This document shows, piece by piece, positions 39,001 to 49,724 of a stretch of 64,000 nucleotides of DNA; positions within the stretch are counted from its first letter, which is position 1, and every line of letters begins with the position of its first letter. This stretch comes from Patescibacteria group bacterium. Its GTDB lineage: Bacteria; Patescibacteriota; Patescibacteriia; UBA9934. The notes beneath the pieces are model-generated. The model had not been told where the DNA came from, did no database searches, and saw only the letters and a program-made list of their open reading frames with translations. The DNA is taken from assembly GCA_041666145.1 (NCBI GenBank), contig JBAYHK010000001.1, positions 3,810 to 67,809 on the forward strand, written 5' to 3'. The position numbers were made by a program, and so were the translations under genes.

Positions 39001-40134
39001 GTCGATGAGCGCGTCAACCGCCTCTTGCAACATGCGCTTCTCATTGCGAGTAATGACTTCCGGTGCATTCAACGCATACAACCGTCGAAGACGATTATTG
39101 CGGTTAATGACACGGCGATAAAGATCATTCAAGTCACTTGTTGCAAAACGTCCACCATCAAGCGGCACCATTGGACGAAGATCTGGAGGGATAACTGGAA
39201 GTACACGCAACACCATCCACTGTGGAGCAATACCATTCTTCTCCAACGCCTTAAACAGCTTTAAACGGCGCATGATGCGCTCATATTTTGCTGTAGATGA
39301 CGTTGCGGCAAGCTCATCGGTTAATTTCACAACGGTCTCCGAAATATTGATTCGCTCAAGCAACTTCATGATTGCCTCAGCACCAATTCCTGCGTCAAAA
39401 ATGTGACCATAACGCATGGACCAATCGTGATACGTCGCTTCTGAAATAACGCGGAGCGGTGTGAGCTCCTTCAAATCCTTATCAACCTGAATGAAGTCTT
39501 CTTCAAGCTCATTCAAACGCTCAGTCGATGCCGCTTCAATACGATCAATCTCCGACTTCAATGCCTTTTTGTCACCTTCGAACTTTTCTTCAGCTCGAGT
39601 AATGTCACGCTTCACCTCCCCCTCAATCATCTTCTTCTTTGCGCGATACTCCTCCTTCACCTGCTCAACAGTCATTTGGCGAGCATCTTCATTCACGTCG
39701 GTAATGATGAAGTTTGCAAAGTACACCACCTTTTCTAACGACTGCACGCCCATGTCAAGCATTGTGCCGATTTTTGACGGCACGCCTCGCAAGAACCAGA
39801 TATGTGTGACTGGAGACGCGAGGTCGATGTGGCCCATGCGTTCTCGACGAACCGAAGCTTGGGTGACTTCAACGTTACATTTGTCACAAATAATTCCCTT
39901 GTATCGAATCTTCTTGTACTTTCCGCAATAACACTCCCAGTCTTTTGACGGTCCAAAAATTTCTTCCGCAAACAAACCCTGCTTTTCTGGCTTTTGGGTG
40001 CGGTAGTTAATAGTTTCCGGCTTGCTCACTTCACCGTAAGACCACGCGCGGATTGCTTCTGGTGATGCAACTCTCAAACGAATGGAATCGAAGTCTGTTG
40101 ACCTCAAGGATTGGAATTTCATGGCCATATGCAA
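36091..40134 (-). CDS. rpoC: DNA-directed RNA polymerase subunit beta-prime
   Basis: 1347 aa; NADFDGD catalytic motif; zinc-binding CYCGKYK...CDKC; full-length similarity. Confidence 0.95.
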   Translation of the reverse strand: MHMAMKFQSLRSTDFDSIRLRVASPEAIRAWSYGEVSKPETINYRTQKPEKQGLFAEEIFGPSKDWECYCGKYKKIRYKGIICDKCNVEVTQASVRRERMGHIDLASPVTHIWFLRGVPSKIGTMLDMGVQSLEKVVYFANFIITDVNEDARQMTVEQVKEEYRAKKKMIEGEVKRDITRAEEKFEGDKKALKSEIDRIEAASTERLNELEEDFIQVDKDLKELTPLRVISEATYHDWSMRYGHIFDAGIGAEAIMKLLERINISETVVKLTDELAATSSTAKYERIMRRLKLFKALEKNGIAPQWMVLRVLPVIPPDLRPMVPLDGGRFATSDLNDLYRRVINRNNRLRRLYALNAPEVITRNEKRMLQEAVDALIDNSSRQSKTVIAATGKKRQLKSLADILKGKQGRFRQNLLGKRIDYSGRSVIVVGPHLKLHQCGIPKKMALELFRPFVISKLIAREYVHNIRSANRFLESDRPEVWDILEEVVADSYVLLNRAPTLHRLGIQAFRPTLIEGKAIQIHPLVCDAYNADFDGDQMAVHVPLTTEAKKEAEELLLSIRNLLKPSFGGPVATPGKDIAWACFYLTSTDTEPDEKTMKSFADDDEVLYAMNAGKIRAQDWIRIRRNGVMLVTTPGRIIVNQQFPERIGFQNEILGKKQLANIIRDVLEFYGQEFTATILDNLKDLGFKYATLSGYSWAMAGLPTLKEKPILIGEGDRRVREVEEYYAQGLLTQSERHTQIIKIWTEIKDRIADISKDSLPHDSAAYTMIESGARGAWGQLTQMIGMIGLKSSPSGDIIELPVKSSFKEGVSVLEFFISSHGTRKGLTDTALRTANAGYLTRRLVDVAQDVVVREEDCGDVKGVLLTKEESDEIGEPLLVRILGRIALSDIKIPGEKKAFITAGDLITEDHIRALKKSGKELLEAHVRSVMTCHVRRGVCQKCYGYDLAHNKMVKMGVAIGIMAAQSIGEPGTQLTMRTFHTGGVAGKDITQGLPRVEELFEARLPKRKAIMAEVSGKVEIEKAARTVVQAGTGKHIIDTMPGQKIVKVSHRAVDEKTFMLGRGAKIKVVEGDKVLEGDVIGAKMDGEKVPTDVAGVVKSVGKTSVIVVYEADKIREYIIPQGFTLYIKDGDEVCAGDALTDGHLDLQALFAAKGRDAVQRYLSKEIQFIYASQGQKLNNKHIEVIVRQMLSRVRVTNPNDTELLPGEVIERATLLDQQDVAIAKGGKLAEYEDLLLGVTKVSLSTESWLSSASFQETARVLIGASVTGKIDELQGLKENVIIGRLIPAGTGFGLDTIDEPAMESFEEIAMAAPEKPLSVIDAELKVEGPGMGKDLSASESKETAVE

Positions 40135-40136
40135 GG

Positions 40137-43100
40137 TTAGGCGCGACGCGCGTTACGATCGTCGCCGATCTCAATCTTTTTGCCGTTCTTCAAAAGTTCA
40201 ACATCCATTGCCAAACCCTTTAACTCACGCATTAAGACGTTGAATGATTCTGGAATGTTCACCTTTGTAATAGTCTCGCCCTTAATGATCGCCTCGTATG
40301 CCTTTGCGCGACCGTCAATGTCATCAGATTTAATGGTGAGAATTTCTTGCAACGTATGAGCCGCGCCATATGCTTCAAGAGCCCAAACTTCCATTTCTCC
40401 AAAACGCTGACCACCGAACTGAGCCTTTCCTCCAAGTGGCTGCTGCGTAATAAGCGAGTACGGGCCAATAGAACGCTGGTGCATTTTGTCTTCCACCATG
40501 TGGTTCAACTTGATCATGTACATGATTCCGACCGTAACCTTGTGATCAAAAGCATCTCCTGTACGGCCATCAAATAACGGCACCTGACCATCTTCTGGAT
40601 ATCCTGCCTTCTTCAGTTCATCCTTAATCGCCTGATCTGGAACTCCAGCCAACACAGGTGTCGCCACCTTATAACCAAGTTTCGAAGCGGCAAGTCCAAG
40701 GTGAACCTCAAGAATCTGACCAAGGTTCATACGAGAAACCACACCAAGTGGAGTGAGAAGAACGTCGACCGGACTTCCTTCTGCAGTAAATGGCATGTCT
40801 GCAATCGCAACCACTTTAGAAATAACACCTTTGTTTCCGTGGCGACCTGCAACCTTGTCACCAACCTGAAGCTTTCGAAGATCCGCGATGGTTACTTGAA
40901 TTGACGTAATAACTCCTGGCGACAAATTGTCACCGGCTTCACGACTGAAAACCGTAATATCAACAATCTTTCCTTTGCGACCATGCTCCAAGTACAACGA
41001 TGAATCACGAACATCTCGAGCCTTGTCTCCGAAAATGGCACGCAACAATTTTTCTTCTGCAGAAAGCTCAGTCTCGCCCTTTGGTGTGATCTTTCCAACA
41101 AGAATGTCGCCAGACTTCACCTCTGCACCAATACGAATGATTCCCTCTGCATCTAAGTTCTTCAATTTTTCTTCTGAAACATTCGGAATATCGCTCGTGA
41201 CCAGTTCTGGTCCAAGCTTAGTGTCGCGAACATCGAGAGTTAAGTGCTCCAAGTGGATGGTTGTAAAACGGTCGTCTTGAACAACACGCTCAGAAATAAT
41301 GACCGCGTCTTCATAGTTGTATCCGTCCCAGCTCATAAATGCGACGCGCATGTTCTGGCCAAGCGCAAGCTCTCCATTCTCTACCGAAGGACCGTCTGCA
41401 AGAACGTCTCCCTTCTTCACTTTCAATCCAGGCAAAACTACAGGACGCTGCGTGATTGCTGTGGAGTTATTTGAGCGAACGTACTTATTCAAAACATACG
41501 TTTTATCCCCCATCTTCTTGTACTTCATGGTGATCTTTGCACCATCTGACGCAGCCACCTCGCCCTCTTCCTCTGCAACAAGAACGTGACCGGAATCAAG
41601 CGCTGCACGGCGCTCCATTCCCGTTCCAATAATTGGTGATTGCGGACGGATCGGTGGAACAGCCTGACGCATCATGTTCGTTCCCATGAGTGCACGAGTC
41701 GCGTCGTCATGCTCAAGGAATGGAACCAACGCCGTTCCAACAGACACAATCTGCGTTGAAGAAACGTCCATGAAGGTGATGTCTGTTGCTGGAACTAATT
41801 GCGGCTCACCGAACTTACGCGCCTCAACATACTCGGCAATGATGAATCCCTTCTCATCAATCGGCACAGTCGCTGGACACGTTGTTGCCTTCTCTTCGGT
41901 AAACGCATTCACATAAATAATCTCATCAGTTACTCGAGATCGTCCCTTTTCTTGAACCACTTTTCTGTATGGAGTCTCAATAAAACCGTACGCGTTCACT
42001 CGGGCATAGCTTGCCAAGTGGCCAACCAGACCAATGTTTGGTCCTTCTGGAGTGGCGATTGGACAAATACGACCATAGTGAGTTGGGTGAACGTCGCGAA
42101 CTTCAAAACCTGCGCGCTCACGAGTCAAACCTCCAGGACCCATGGCAGAAAGTCGACGCTTATGTTCAAGCTCGGCCAACGGGTTTGTCTGATCCATGAA
42201 CTGCGAAAGCTGTGACGACATGAAAAACTCGCGCACCGCCCCGATGACTGGACGAGCGTTAATGAGTTTTCCTGGCGTAAGCGAATCAATTTCGCTTGTC
42301 GACATTCTGTCTCGCACAATACGTTCCATTCGCGCCATACCAACACGGAATCGTGACTGCAACAGCTCACCGACAGCACGAACGCGACGGTTGCCCAAGT
42401 GATCAACGTCGTCTGCTTCTTCTTGGCTAATGTTCAAACGAATGATCTCGCGAATAATCGCAATCAAGTCTTCTTTAGTTAAAATGCGATTTTCTTCCTT
42501 TGCGACTTCTTCCTCTTCATGCGGCAACGAAAAACGAAGGTTGAACTTATACCTACCAACAGCTCCAAGGTCGTAACGATCGTAATTAAAGAACATTGCG
42601 TGAATCAAGCTTCGTGCGTTATCTGCCGTTGCTAAATCCCCTGGACGAATGCGCTTATAAACCTCCTTTAATCCTTCATCTTCATTCGACGCCGCATCCT
42701 TCGCAAGCGTATTTTCAATGAATCGAATACTTGGGTGAACATCAATGTCTGCAAAAATCTTCAAAATCTCTTCACTCGACGAAATGCCGAAGGCTCGCAA
42801 GAGCGACGTTACTGCCACTTTGCGCTTACGATCGATCTTTACCCAGATAACATTCTTTGGGTCTGTTTCAAATTCAAGCCAAGCTCCACGGTTTGGAATG
42901 ATCTTTGCACCGTAATGACGACGAGCACGAATGACTTCTGCAGTGAAAAAAGCACCTGCAGAACGCACAAGCTGTGAAACCACCACACGCTCGACGCCGT
43001 TCACCACGAATGTTCCGCGTGGAGTAACAACTGGAAGGTCACCAAGATAAATTTCCTGTTCCTTCACTGCACCAGTTCGAAGGTTCTTCAAACGCGTCTT

Positions 43101-43355
43101 CACACGAAGCGGAGCCTCATACGTGACATTCTTTGCGCGACTGGTTACTTCGTCGAACTTTGGTTCGTCCAAGTAGTAGTCGCCAAGCGTCAACTCCAAA
43201 TCACGACCCATGGAGTCCTTAATTGGCGTGACTTCGTCGAACAATTCTCGGATCCCCTGATCCAGAAACCACTGGTACGCAGACTTCTGCACCTCAATGA
43301 GGTCTGGAAGGTCCATCGCATCTCGCAGTGGAGTGAAATATTTTCGCGTCATCAT
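40137..43355 (-). CDS. rpoB: DNA-directed RNA polymerase subunit beta
   Basis: 1072 aa; conserved blocks incl. GDKVAGRHGNKGVISK and LGGKAQFGGQRFGEMEVWALEAYGAA. Confidence 0.95.
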   Translation of the reverse strand: MMTRKYFTPLRDAMDLPDLIEVQKSAYQWFLDQGIRELFDEVTPIKDSMGRDLELTLGDYYLDEPKFDEVTSRAKNVTYEAPLRVKTRLKNLRTGAVKEQEIYLGDLPVVTPRGTFVVNGVERVVVSQLVRSAGAFFTAEVIRARRHYGAKIIPNRGAWLEFETDPKNVIWVKIDRKRKVAVTSLLRAFGISSSEEILKIFADIDVHPSIRFIENTLAKDAASNEDEGLKEVYKRIRPGDLATADNARSLIHAMFFNYDRYDLGAVGRYKFNLRFSLPHEEEEVAKEENRILTKEDLIAIIREIIRLNISQEEADDVDHLGNRRVRAVGELLQSRFRVGMARMERIVRDRMSTSEIDSLTPGKLINARPVIGAVREFFMSSQLSQFMDQTNPLAELEHKRRLSAMGPGGLTRERAGFEVRDVHPTHYGRICPIATPEGPNIGLVGHLASYARVNAYGFIETPYRKVVQEKGRSRVTDEIIYVNAFTEEKATTCPATVPIDEKGFIIAEYVEARKFGEPQLVPATDITFMDVSSTQIVSVGTALVPFLEHDDATRALMGTNMMRQAVPPIRPQSPIIGTGMERRAALDSGHVLVAEEEGEVAASDGAKITMKYKKMGDKTYVLNKYVRSNNSTAITQRPVVLPGLKVKKGDVLADGPSVENGELALGQNMRVAFMSWDGYNYEDAVIISERVVQDDRFTTIHLEHLTLDVRDTKLGPELVTSDIPNVSEEKLKNLDAEGIIRIGAEVKSGDILVGKITPKGETELSAEEKLLRAIFGDKARDVRDSSLYLEHGRKGKIVDITVFSREAGDNLSPGVITSIQVTIADLRKLQVGDKVAGRHGNKGVISKVVAIADMPFTAEGSPVDVLLTPLGVVSRMNLGQILEVHLGLAASKLGYKVATPVLAGVPDQAIKDELKKAGYPEDGQVPLFDGRTGDAFDHKVTVGIMYMIKLNHMVEDKMHQRSIGPYSLITQQPLGGKAQFGGQRFGEMEVWALEAYGAAHTLQEILTIKSDDIDGRAKAYEAIIKGETITKVNIPESFNVLMRELKGLAMDVELLKNGKKIEIGDDRNARRA

Positions 43356-43705
43356 AACGAAAAAAGCACTGTGTAAAACACAGTGAGTTTATAAGTTCTT
43401 CATGTCTGTAACCGTGCGGAAGCCGAAGGATGGCATGCACTGACGAAGAAGAATTTGAGAGTTTCCAGTAGCAGTCAGGGGTCAGCGCACCAAGGCAAAG
43501 CCCTGGCAAACGCCCGGAGACGACACAAAGGAAAAGTCCCAAGTGGCGCGAGAATACCACCTCTCACCAAAAGCGTCAACACGTTTCCCTATGAACAACT
43601 TTCGTGTTTCTTCGCTAGGGTTGGCAGAGAAAAGCCCAACCGAACTTGCCTTTCCGCTGCATTTCTTGTACGTTTTCCGCGCAACCCAAGCCCTAGAGGT
43701 GACAA

Positions 43706-44143
43706 ATGCACGAGCGAAAACTGTTGTGTTCATTCTGCAGAAAGAGCAAAGATAATGTGCTTGTAATGGTTATAACCGCACACGATGGCGTCTGCAACGA
43801 GTGCGTGACGTTCTACACGCGATACATGCTTCAAGAGCCTGGCGATCTTGATGCAGCCGCATTCCGAAAGGAGCTCATCGATCCTGATGGTCACAAACGG
43901 CCGCCGGCGCCATTAAGAGCTCCTCGGTCAAGATTTAAGAGAATCTCGGACGACGAACCTCGATGTTCTTTTTGTGGTAAACCCGAGCGCGAGGTTCGAA
44001 AAATAGCTCACGGCAAAAATGCAACCATCTGCGACGAATGTCTAGTTTCCACAACACAGGTCATCAGGAGCCATAACGATCTCATCGATGGGGACGCATT
44101 TCTTTCCCAGATTGTTGGCTCGCAAGAGGATTCTGGGCCGTAA
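43706..44143 (+). CDS. Tandem ClpX-type C4 zinc-finger protein (stand-alone)
   Basis: Two repeats of CSFC(G/R)K...C(D/N)EC resembling the ClpX N-terminal zinc-binding domain; no AAA+ domain. Confidence 0.5.
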   Translation: MHERKLLCSFCRKSKDNVLVMVITAHDGVCNECVTFYTRYMLQEPGDLDAAAFRKELIDPDGHKRPPAPLRAPRSRFKRISDDEPRCSFCGKPEREVRKIAHGKNATICDECLVSTTQVIRSHNDLIDGDAFLSQIVGSQEDSGP

Positions 44144-44189
44144 TCCACGCACACCCCGTTCGATCATGAAGCCCCTGCGGCGCTGATCG

Positions 44190-44225
44190 GCGGGGTGTTT
44201 CATTTCAAAACACCGCCAAGATGGC
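44190..44225 (+). terminator. Intrinsic terminator after the zinc-finger gene
   Basis: aaaacaccgccaagatggcggtgtttctttgtcg. Confidence 0.5.
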
Positions 44226-44437
44226 GGTGTTTCTTTGTCGCTTCGAAAAGATGCAGGATGAGAACACGGTCTCATTTTTATCCAAACTCATGTACAGAAC
44301 AAAAGGAGAAAACAACTGCACCGTTTGTGCAGGTTCGTTCAGCACAAGTCATGGAAATGCCGGTCTCATCCCGCAACTTTCCGAAGCGACCTCAACATCG
44401 ATAATACCTAGGCTGGAGAAACAAGGCAACTACAATC

Positions 44438-45502
44438 TTATTCTGACTCTACTGCGGGATCTTTTTCTTCATCACTTGCGCCAACTTTTGCCACAAAACC
44501 TTCACTCTTCAGTGCCGCCGCGGTCGTTGCTTTACGCATTGCCTTCAATGTTTCTGGATGCTCACGAAGATATGTCTTTGCCACTTCACGACCAACGCCA
44601 AGCTTCTCTTCTCCAAATAAGTAACTGTTCCCGCGCTTGTCAACTGATCCAACTTCGACGCCAAGGTCTAGCATGTCTCCCGCAATCGAAATGCCTTCGT
44701 TATACATAATGTCGAACTCGCATGTTCGGAATGGTGGAGCAACCTTATTTTTCACAATCTTTACCTTTACGCGGTTCCCGACAATTTTTTCTCCTTGCTT
44801 AATCTGCGCAGCTCGTCGAATCTCAATGCGAACAGATGCATAAAACTTCAAAGCATTTCCGCCAGGAGTCGTTTCTGGATTGCCAAACATCACACCAATC
44901 TTCATGCGAATCTGGTTGATGAAAATAACAACGGTTCCAGACTTCGAAACAATGCCTGTTAATTTTCGGAGCGCCTGGCTCATGAGTCGAGCTTGAAGTC
45001 CCATGTGCGACTCCCCCATCTCGCCTTCGATTTCCGCCTTTGGAGTTAATGCGGCAACAGAATCAACAACAACAACGTCTATCGCATTCGATCGAACCAA
45101 TGTCTCAACGATCTCGAGCGCTTGTTCACCAGTATCTGGCTGCGAAATAAAAAGCTCGTCAATGTTGACACCAACCTTCCTCGCGTACTCCGGATCCATT
45201 GCATGCTCCGCATCAACGAAAGCCGCAATTCCTCCCTGACGCTGACACTCGGCAATGATGTGCTGTGCCAAAGTGGTCTTTCCAGAAGATTCTGGACCAT
45301 AAATTTCAATCACTCGACCACGCGGAACGCCAAGAGCACCAAGAGCAAGGTCCAAAGAAAGACATCCGGTAGGAATAGCGTCGATATTCGTCGCCTTCTG
45401 ATCTCCAAGTCGCATAATCGACCCCTCTCCAAACCGCTGTTTAATCTGCCCTATCGCTGCCTGCGCCGCAACTAAGCGCGCCTTAGCCTGTTCTTTTGCC
45501 AT
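44438..45502 (-). CDS. recA: Recombinase RecA
   Basis: Start set at MAKEQAKA; Walker [10 protein letters not shown]; L1/L2 loop regions; full-length similarity. Confidence 0.95.
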   Translation of the reverse strand: MAKEQAKARLVAAQAAIGQIKQRFGEGSIMRLGDQKATNIDAIPTGCLSLDLALGALGVPRGRVIEIYGPESSGKTTLAQHIIAECQRQGGIAAFVDAEHAMDPEYARKVGVNIDELFISQPDTGEQALEIVETLVRSNAIDVVVVDSVAALTPKAEIEGEMGESHMGLQARLMSQALRKLTGIVSKSGTVVIFINQIRMKIGVMFGNPETTPGGNALKFYASVRIEIRRAAQIKQGEKIVGNRVKVKIVKNKVAPPFRTCEFDIMYNEGISIAGDMLDLGVEVGSVDKRGNSYLFGEEKLGVGREVAKTYLREHPETLKAMRKATTAAALKSEGFVAKVGASDEEKDPAVESE

Positions 45503-45570
45503 ACAAAAAAAGTAGACGTGATGATTCAGATACTGTTCGTAAAATACGAACATCTACCGAACATCTTACA

Positions 45571-46302
45571 CTACTCTTTTTTCAAGCTCACGATAGATAT
45601 CCCCTGATCTTCCCCAATATGATTTCCATCAAAAACAACACGTCGATATTCAATTGCCTTTTGCGAATATCGACGCGTCCCCTCTACAGTAATCACATTC
45701 AAACCTCTTGAGAGGTCTACTGTTGTTAAAAAAGTGTTGTCCTCATTTACCACAACGGCCCGATGATTAATCTCCAAAGTTACGTCGTCATTCTCAACAT
45801 GCCCTCGAACCTCAACCAATGCAGAATCTGCACGAATTCCGTCTATTGGATACTCAATAACAATTTCTGGAGGTCGCAACATTCCGTAAATTTGCCATAC
45901 GAAATATCCGAGCAACACACTGGCCAGACTTCCTAATGCAAAAACTTTTAAAAATTGTGTTGATGCGAACAGCCACGATCGATCTACACGCTGACGAGGC
46001 AATCTATGTGGAGTCAAAAGATCTGTTTGGCCATTCTCCTCTGCATAAAGTTCTAAAAAATATGTTTCGTCTGCAGCAAGAACACGCGCATAAGCCTTAA
46101 TAAAATTACGCGTATACAACGGCTGCGGCAATACATCGTATCTTCCTCGCTCAAGCGCTTCCAAATATCGCCGCTGTATATGCGTCTGCGCTTCCATCAT
46201 CTCCATACTTACCGCCTGTCCGCGACGAAGCGCTCGGAGCTTTTCTCCGAGAGTCTGTGGAAGGCGATCAAGTTGTCGCATGACAAAAACCATATTCGTC
46301 AA
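45571..46302 (-). CDS. HTH (Xre-type) domain membrane protein, RodZ-like
   Basis: N-terminal HTH LGEKLRALRRGQAVSMEMMEAQTHIQRRYLEALE; TM segment; C-terminal beta-rich domain. Confidence 0.5.
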   Translation of the reverse strand: MTNMVFVMRQLDRLPQTLGEKLRALRRGQAVSMEMMEAQTHIQRRYLEALERGRYDVLPQPLYTRNFIKAYARVLAADETYFLELYAEENGQTDLLTPHRLPRQRVDRSWLFASTQFLKVFALGSLASVLLGYFVWQIYGMLRPPEIVIEYPIDGIRADSALVEVRGHVENDDVTLEINHRAVVVNEDNTFLTTVDLSRGLNVITVEGTRRYSQKAIEYRRVVFDGNHIGEDQGISIVSLKKE

Positions 46303-48563
46303 AATCGATCATGAACTGAACGCTGACGATCGTCGCCTTCCTCGTCGACAAGCTCTTCTGAACTTAATGGTTCATTCGATTCCGTATCGATAGATACTGT
46401 CTCTTCATCAACCTCCGCATCGACGTCTTCTTCGTTAAAGTCTGACTGCCCCGTAGGCGGCCATTCGCTTACAAGAACCTCACGAGGCTTTGCGCCATCT
46501 GGTGGGCCAACAATTCCAAGCTTTTCCATTAAGTCGACTATCCGCGCCGCTCGCGAATAACCAATCTTCATTCGACGTTGCAAATATGAAGTCGAAACCT
46601 TTCCGGCATCAATGGCGATTTCAATAGCGTCATCAAGCAACGTATCTGAATCAGCAGGGTCGAGTGAAACTCCCCCGGCACCAGTACCAGACTCTGTAAT
46701 CTGATAATTATAATCAGGCTCACTCTCCTCCTTCAAAAAGGCAACAACGCGTTCAATTTCTGTTTCTGCAACATACGCGCCCTGTGCTCGCTTTGGTTTC
46801 GACAACTCTGGCGTTGAAATAAGCATGTCGCCCCTCCCAAGCAGTTTATCTGCACCACCAACATCAAGAATCGTTTTCGAATCGACTTGCGAGGCAACGG
46901 CAAAAGCAAGACGCGTAGGAATATTCGCTTTAATAATTCCCGTAATCACATCTACCGACGGTCGCTGTGTGGCAAGAATCAAATGAATGCCTGCAGCACG
47001 AGCCATCTGTGCGATTCGAACAATCACGGCCTCAACATCGCGCTTATTTTGACTCATTAAGTCCGCAAGCTCATCAATGACGATAATAATGCGCGGCATG
47101 CGCTCCTTGCTCTTTGCATTGTACGAGTCGATATCTTTCGCGCCAAACTTCGACAAATAATCCAAACGCCGTTCCATTTCTCGAACCGCCCACTTCAGCG
47201 CATTGATCGCTTCATCTGCTTTTACGATCGGAGGAACAAGAAGATGAGGAATTCCGGTATATGCAGAAAGTTCAACGCGCTTTGGATCCACCATGATGAA
47301 TTTCAAATCATCTGGTCCATTCTGGTAAAGCAATGAGATGATAATGTCGTTTAAACATACCGACTTTCCAGATCCGGTTGCGCCGGCAACAAGCATATGT
47401 GGCGTTCGCTCCACCATAAGAAGCTGCGTTGCACCGGTAATATCTTTTCCAACAGGAACCGTAAAACTCGATTTTCTGTGCTTAAATTCCTTTGACTCCA
47501 AAAGCTCTCTCAACGAAACCCGACCGATAGTCTGATTCGGTACCTCAATGCCAACGAGCGACTTTCCAGGAATTGGTGCTTCTATGCGAATGGGATGCGC
47601 AGCAAGGGCAAGGGCAAGGTCATTCTGCAGGGCAATGATGCGAGAGAGCTTAATGCCCGCAGGTGGTTTCAGCGCGTATTGAGTAACAGTCGGACCAACG
47701 CGAACTTCTTCAACTTCAACGTCGATGCCGAATTGATGAAGCGTTCTTACAATCAATTCTGTTCCGCGATCTATATCTCCAGGCTTCGCGTCCGAACTTT
47801 TCCCTTCCAAAAGTTCCAATGGAATTTCTATGGTTCGGCGTTCGCGCGTTGTCATGACATGTTCAGCATTCCCGTTATAAACAATTGGTCGCTTTTTTTC
47901 ATGCTCGACTTCTTCCTCTGCACCATCTTCTTCATCAATCTCACTATCAATATCAGCATCAGCTTCCTCTTCCATCTTTCTTCGCTCATCAAATGGAACC
48001 TCGTCCTCATCGTCTCCATCATTCTTCGATGAAAAACCACCGAAAATCGAAAGCGGAAAGGCGAGCAAGGACTTAATCGATACGTTAAAGAGTAATACGC
48101 AAGAAACCAACAAAACTGCCAGAGCAACAATCACTGATGCAAATGTTCCTAAAGATGCTACGAGATACTTCGAAACGAAAAGACCCGCAAGACCGCCCGC
48201 ACTCTTCAGCGCATCGCCTTGCGTTGCACCACCAGCAAAAAAGATGTTCAAAATTCCGTTCAATGCAATCAATAGCAACACAAATGATCCTGCGCCACGC
48301 AAAGTAATGAGCTGCTTGTCTCGAAAAACAACATCAATCGCAATAAAGAAAAGGAGCACCGGAACAACAATTCGAGCAAAACCCAAGAAAAGTGCCATCG
48401 AACCGTCTAGCCAAACACCAAAATTTCCAGCAAAACCAAAAAATGACAGAGCGATCACTGACCCAACTGCCACCAGAGCAATCGCTGCAACACTTTGCCG
48501 CACATCATCTCCAAGAATCGGACTATAGACTTCTACCGCAGGCTTTTTGAGCTTTTTAGCCAT
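46299..48563 (-). CDS. ftsK: DNA translocase FtsK/SpoIIIE
   Basis: 754 aa; N-terminal TM helices; motor-domain Walker A AGATGSGKS; C-terminal winged-helix gamma domain. Confidence 0.9.
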   Translation of the reverse strand: MAKKLKKPAVEVYSPILGDDVRQSVAAIALVAVGSVIALSFFGFAGNFGVWLDGSMALFLGFARIVVPVLLFFIAIDVVFRDKQLITLRGAGSFVLLLIALNGILNIFFAGGATQGDALKSAGGLAGLFVSKYLVASLGTFASVIVALAVLLVSCVLLFNVSIKSLLAFPLSIFGGFSSKNDGDDEDEVPFDERRKMEEEADADIDSEIDEEDGAEEEVEHEKKRPIVYNGNAEHVMTTRERRTIEIPLELLEGKSSDAKPGDIDRGTELIVRTLHQFGIDVEVEEVRVGPTVTQYALKPPAGIKLSRIIALQNDLALALAAHPIRIEAPIPGKSLVGIEVPNQTIGRVSLRELLESKEFKHRKSSFTVPVGKDITGATQLLMVERTPHMLVAGATGSGKSVCLNDIIISLLYQNGPDDLKFIMVDPKRVELSAYTGIPHLLVPPIVKADEAINALKWAVREMERRLDYLSKFGAKDIDSYNAKSKERMPRIIIVIDELADLMSQNKRDVEAVIVRIAQMARAAGIHLILATQRPSVDVITGIIKANIPTRLAFAVASQVDSKTILDVGGADKLLGRGDMLISTPELSKPKRAQGAYVAETEIERVVAFLKEESEPDYNYQITESGTGAGGVSLDPADSDTLLDDAIEIAIDAGKVSTSYLQRRMKIGYSRAARIVDLMEKLGIVGPPDGAKPREVLVSEWPPTGQSDFNEEDVDAEVDEETVSIDTESNEPLSSEELVDEEGDDRQRSVHDRF

Positions 48564-48705
48564 AGCAAACAGTGCGTAAATGCAATGACCCTATTGTACA
48601 ACGTTGAAGCCTTAACGCAGAGAGGAAAAGGTGCGCAAAAGAAAAGGCGGCCCGTCGTTTAGGCCGCCCGAGTACGCTCACAGATGCCAGGATTGAATCC
48701 AAAAA

Positions 48706-48978
48706 TTATGGAGCGCAGTGAACAGAGGCCCGAACAGAGATCTCCACGCCGATAACTTTCCAAAAATCTAAGACGTTACAGACAATGGCGGTATATACGT
48801 CCTGGACATCTGATTCCTTATCAACGTAAACCGCGAGAGCGTCTCCTTCCCGAAGTCTGATTTCCGTATCAACTCCAGAGTGCCTGAGAATTATCTGATG
48901 AACCAAGACCAGCGAGCTACGCTCACGATTCGTGCAGTCCTCAAAAGAACAAACGAAAAAACCTTTTTTTCTACCCAT
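48706..48978 (-). CDS. Hypothetical protein
   Basis: 90-aa ORF with no recognisable motif. Confidence 0.25.
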   Translation of the reverse strand: MGRKKGFFVCSFEDCTNRERSSLVLVHQIILRHSGVDTEIRLREGDALAVYVDKESDVQDVYTAIVCNVLDFWKVIGVEISVRASVHCAP

Positions 48979-49061
48979 CTCAACACCTCCCTTTCAACGA
49001 GTTGGCTAAAGAAATTCCGCGATATAAATATCATAATATCTGCTTCTTTTCAAGAAAAACC

Positions 49062-49724
49062 ATGTTAGAGTATTTCTGTATGCAAAAAATTCTTCTCATT
49101 CATGGCTATGCCACGAAATTAAAAGCCTCAATTTTCAAATCTCCATACTCAGATGACGAAGGGTTCACTGCGTTTCACAATTCCATCGATTCTGGAGAAA
49201 TTGATGTTTTCCACTGGGGGATTCCGCGATCACTTTCGTTCATACAAGCGTTGAATCCGTTTTCATATCTTTCGCTCTATCAAGAAGAAGAACTGCGCAC
49301 GAAATCGAGCGAGATTCAGCAAAAGCTTTTTAACACAATCGAATCTTCAAAAATCGAAAAAGTCATCTGTCACTCCATGGGATGCAGACTGCTACTTCAA
49401 ACAATCAACGCAATTGGATTACCCGGATCGGTTCAATCGATAATTTTCCTCCAGGCCGATATCGATGGCAATGCAACAATATCGAACTCCAATATTGCAA
49501 ATCGACTCAGTCAAAAAACGCTTACACTAAAAAACTTTCACTGTTTCTGGGACCCAACACTTCTCATCTCATCGCTCCTACACAAAAACATCCGTATTGG
49601 ACTCCGATCATGGAACCAGCCCAATATTAAAAACCAGCTCTTCCCGCTTCTACGCCTACCGAATCTTCATATGAATCCGCTGAGAAATAAACAAACCGTA
49701 GAAAAAATCCTTCGCTCTAGTTAA
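49062..49724 (+). CDS. Alpha/beta-hydrolase-like protein (AT-rich gene)
   Basis: KILLIHGY... and nucleophile elbow ICHSMGC; start position uncertain. Confidence 0.4.
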   Translation: MLEYFCMQKILLIHGYATKLKASIFKSPYSDDEGFTAFHNSIDSGEIDVFHWGIPRSLSFIQALNPFSYLSLYQEEELRTKSSEIQQKLFNTIESSKIEKVICHSMGCRLLLQTINAIGLPGSVQSIIFLQADIDGNATISNSNIANRLSQKTLTLKNFHCFWDPTLLISSLLHKNIRIGLRSWNQPNIKNQLFPLLRLPNLHMNPLRNKQTVEKILRSS

